A stretch of DNA of 62,806 nt, filler included, from Basidiobolus ranarum (Eukaryota), in assembly GCA_040143965.1 (NCBI GenBank). It is 42 parts of 42 records of this genome, joined end to end, with 100 filler letters (N's around TTAATTAATTAA, not from the genome) between each part and the next. Parts side by side here need not be neighbours in the genome. Positions count along the whole stretch, not along the records: positions 61,418 to 62,806 come from JASJQH010012204.1; 41 more parts are not named here. One strand, given 5' to 3'. Numbering within the stretch: position 1 is the first letter of the stretch; each line of letters opens with the position of its first letter. The position numbers and the translations under genes were made by a program. Positions 61,418 through 62,806 of the stretch are shown here, one piece after another. The notes under the pieces were generated by a model. That model saw only the letters and a list, made by a program, of their open reading frames with translations. It searched no databases and was not told the origin of the DNA.

Positions 61418-62630
61418 AAAATCAAATCTAACTTGACGATTTTATGACGGTAAGTAAACGGTCAATCCCAAATGGATTAAAATTGTGACGGTTTTCCTAC
61501 GATAACAATCCTCAAATTTCTGTTAGGGTATTTGGGAGCCTGTTGGAAGTAATTTGGAGAATTAGAGGAATTGGTGGTTTCCACTTATTGATTTATTGAT
61601 TAGAAAGTTGACATTTGTAGTTTTGTCAAGATGTAAACAAACTAACATGTAGAATATGTTAAGGCAGGTCCCAGGAACATGTGTGCAATGTTTGGGGCTT
61701 CTAGCACTAGTTTGAAAGATCTATGTGTCTGAGAACTTCTAAGTTGGTAAAAAGATTTCAAGTAAATTCCAATTGAGAGCAATTGATAATATCTTAGTGA
61801 ATTATAAGATAACTAAGTACTAAGCTATATATGAATATATAGGTGTTTAGGCAATGCTAATTTCAACATTTACATGCCAGAAACTGACTCAAGTAATGAT
61901 GATGTTTTGATCAATTTACCAGATGTGTTCCTTTCCAGCAATAGTTCAAGTGTAGAGATTGTATTCTTCCAATTACATAGTAAATCAATAGTGGGGCAAA
62001 GTTGAGCAGAAACACTGTCAAGACCATCAACTTCACACAGGGCTACTTTGCCAACTAGTGAACAACCCTTGTTAGGAAATTGGTATAGGATTATTACAAC
62101 AAGGGAATTGCAGGCAGAACACTGTAATGGTCTGTATGTGATCATATGAAAAAACTACAAAATTGCTATACAGGCCATGACAAGCAATAATGCCGCATTA
62201 TGGCAATTAATGCACCATTCTGAAGCAACTAGTCAATAGTTAGAGAGTCACTCAACAATGATACAGACCATGAGAATGCCACACTTGAGCTACAGCAACA
62301 TGCTGCTCCCTGCATCCATTCTCATATGGGATTTCAATCACTCCCACACCATATATATGAATGTCACCATGACAATCTAGCAGAGCAGAATATTTGTTGG
62401 ACCATTAAGCCTACAGAATGACCCAAAATTGCTTGGGCACATGAAAGTAGAAATCTCATAGGAAAGCTGGTAAACCAAAAGACTCTGAATGTCAGAGCTG
62501 CCATCACTTGCTCTGATGATGAGTGGTTTAACATTTTGGAAACTGTGCAGAATCATGCCCAAAATCACCTGGATTTAAGCCAATCATGGAAAAACCCAAA
62601 ACCAGGCATTACTCTGAAGGTTCTTGACTT
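61418..62630. mobile_element. Nested set: CMC end (61418-61528) in a family B LTR (61529-61868) in CMC ORF2 (61869-62630)
   Basis: ...TTCTGTTAGGG abuts a B LTR missing its outer 8 bp; ORF2 sequence matches the reverse complement of about 24230-24970. Confidence 0.8.
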
Positions 62631-62806
62631 AGTGAGCAAGCCCTTTTTGCTCATGATGTTCCACTAGGATTTCCCATGCATTCTTGGCAGAGTCGGCATC
62701 TCTGACTAGCATAAGTTGTTGTGATCCCAGTCTTAGACATATTTCCCTAAATGCCAATCTGTCTTTTTCTTTGAAGGCTGCCCTGGCCTCTTTACGTGTT
62801 GGCTTC

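Overview
This window is not contiguous DNA. It is 42 unlinked contigs of about 1.39-1.40 kb, sorted by decreasing length and joined by an artificial 100-nt linker (44 N + TTAATTAATTAA + 44 N), so nothing can be inferred across linkers. The content is an AT-rich, repeat-saturated fungal genome, probably an early-diverging lineage (low confidence on taxon). Most contigs are decayed, nested transposons: several Ty1/copia families (two with a half-tRNA-iMet PBS), Ty3/gypsy fragments, a CACTA/EnSpm (CMC) DNA transposon with CCCTAACA termini and two divergent ORFs, and an unclassified repeat with a TAGACTTG end. These repeats are strongly CpG-depleted while host genes are not. Host gene fragments: two tandem flavodoxin-like quinone reductases, a class V myosin tail, a DJ-1/PfpI 3' end, a class IV chitin synthase 3' end, and a head-to-head pyruvate decarboxylase / alcohol dehydrogenase pair. 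The most interesting signals are (1) an LTR-like family carrying a 73-nt tRNA-like cassette with A and B boxes, (2) the divergent PDC-ADH fermentation pair with matching TATATAAAGG boxes, (3) the two-gene divergent CMC transposon, (4) a CpG-rich ~84-bp tandem array, and (5) a nad5-like NUMT. All family assignments are by eye from motifs; no searches were run.
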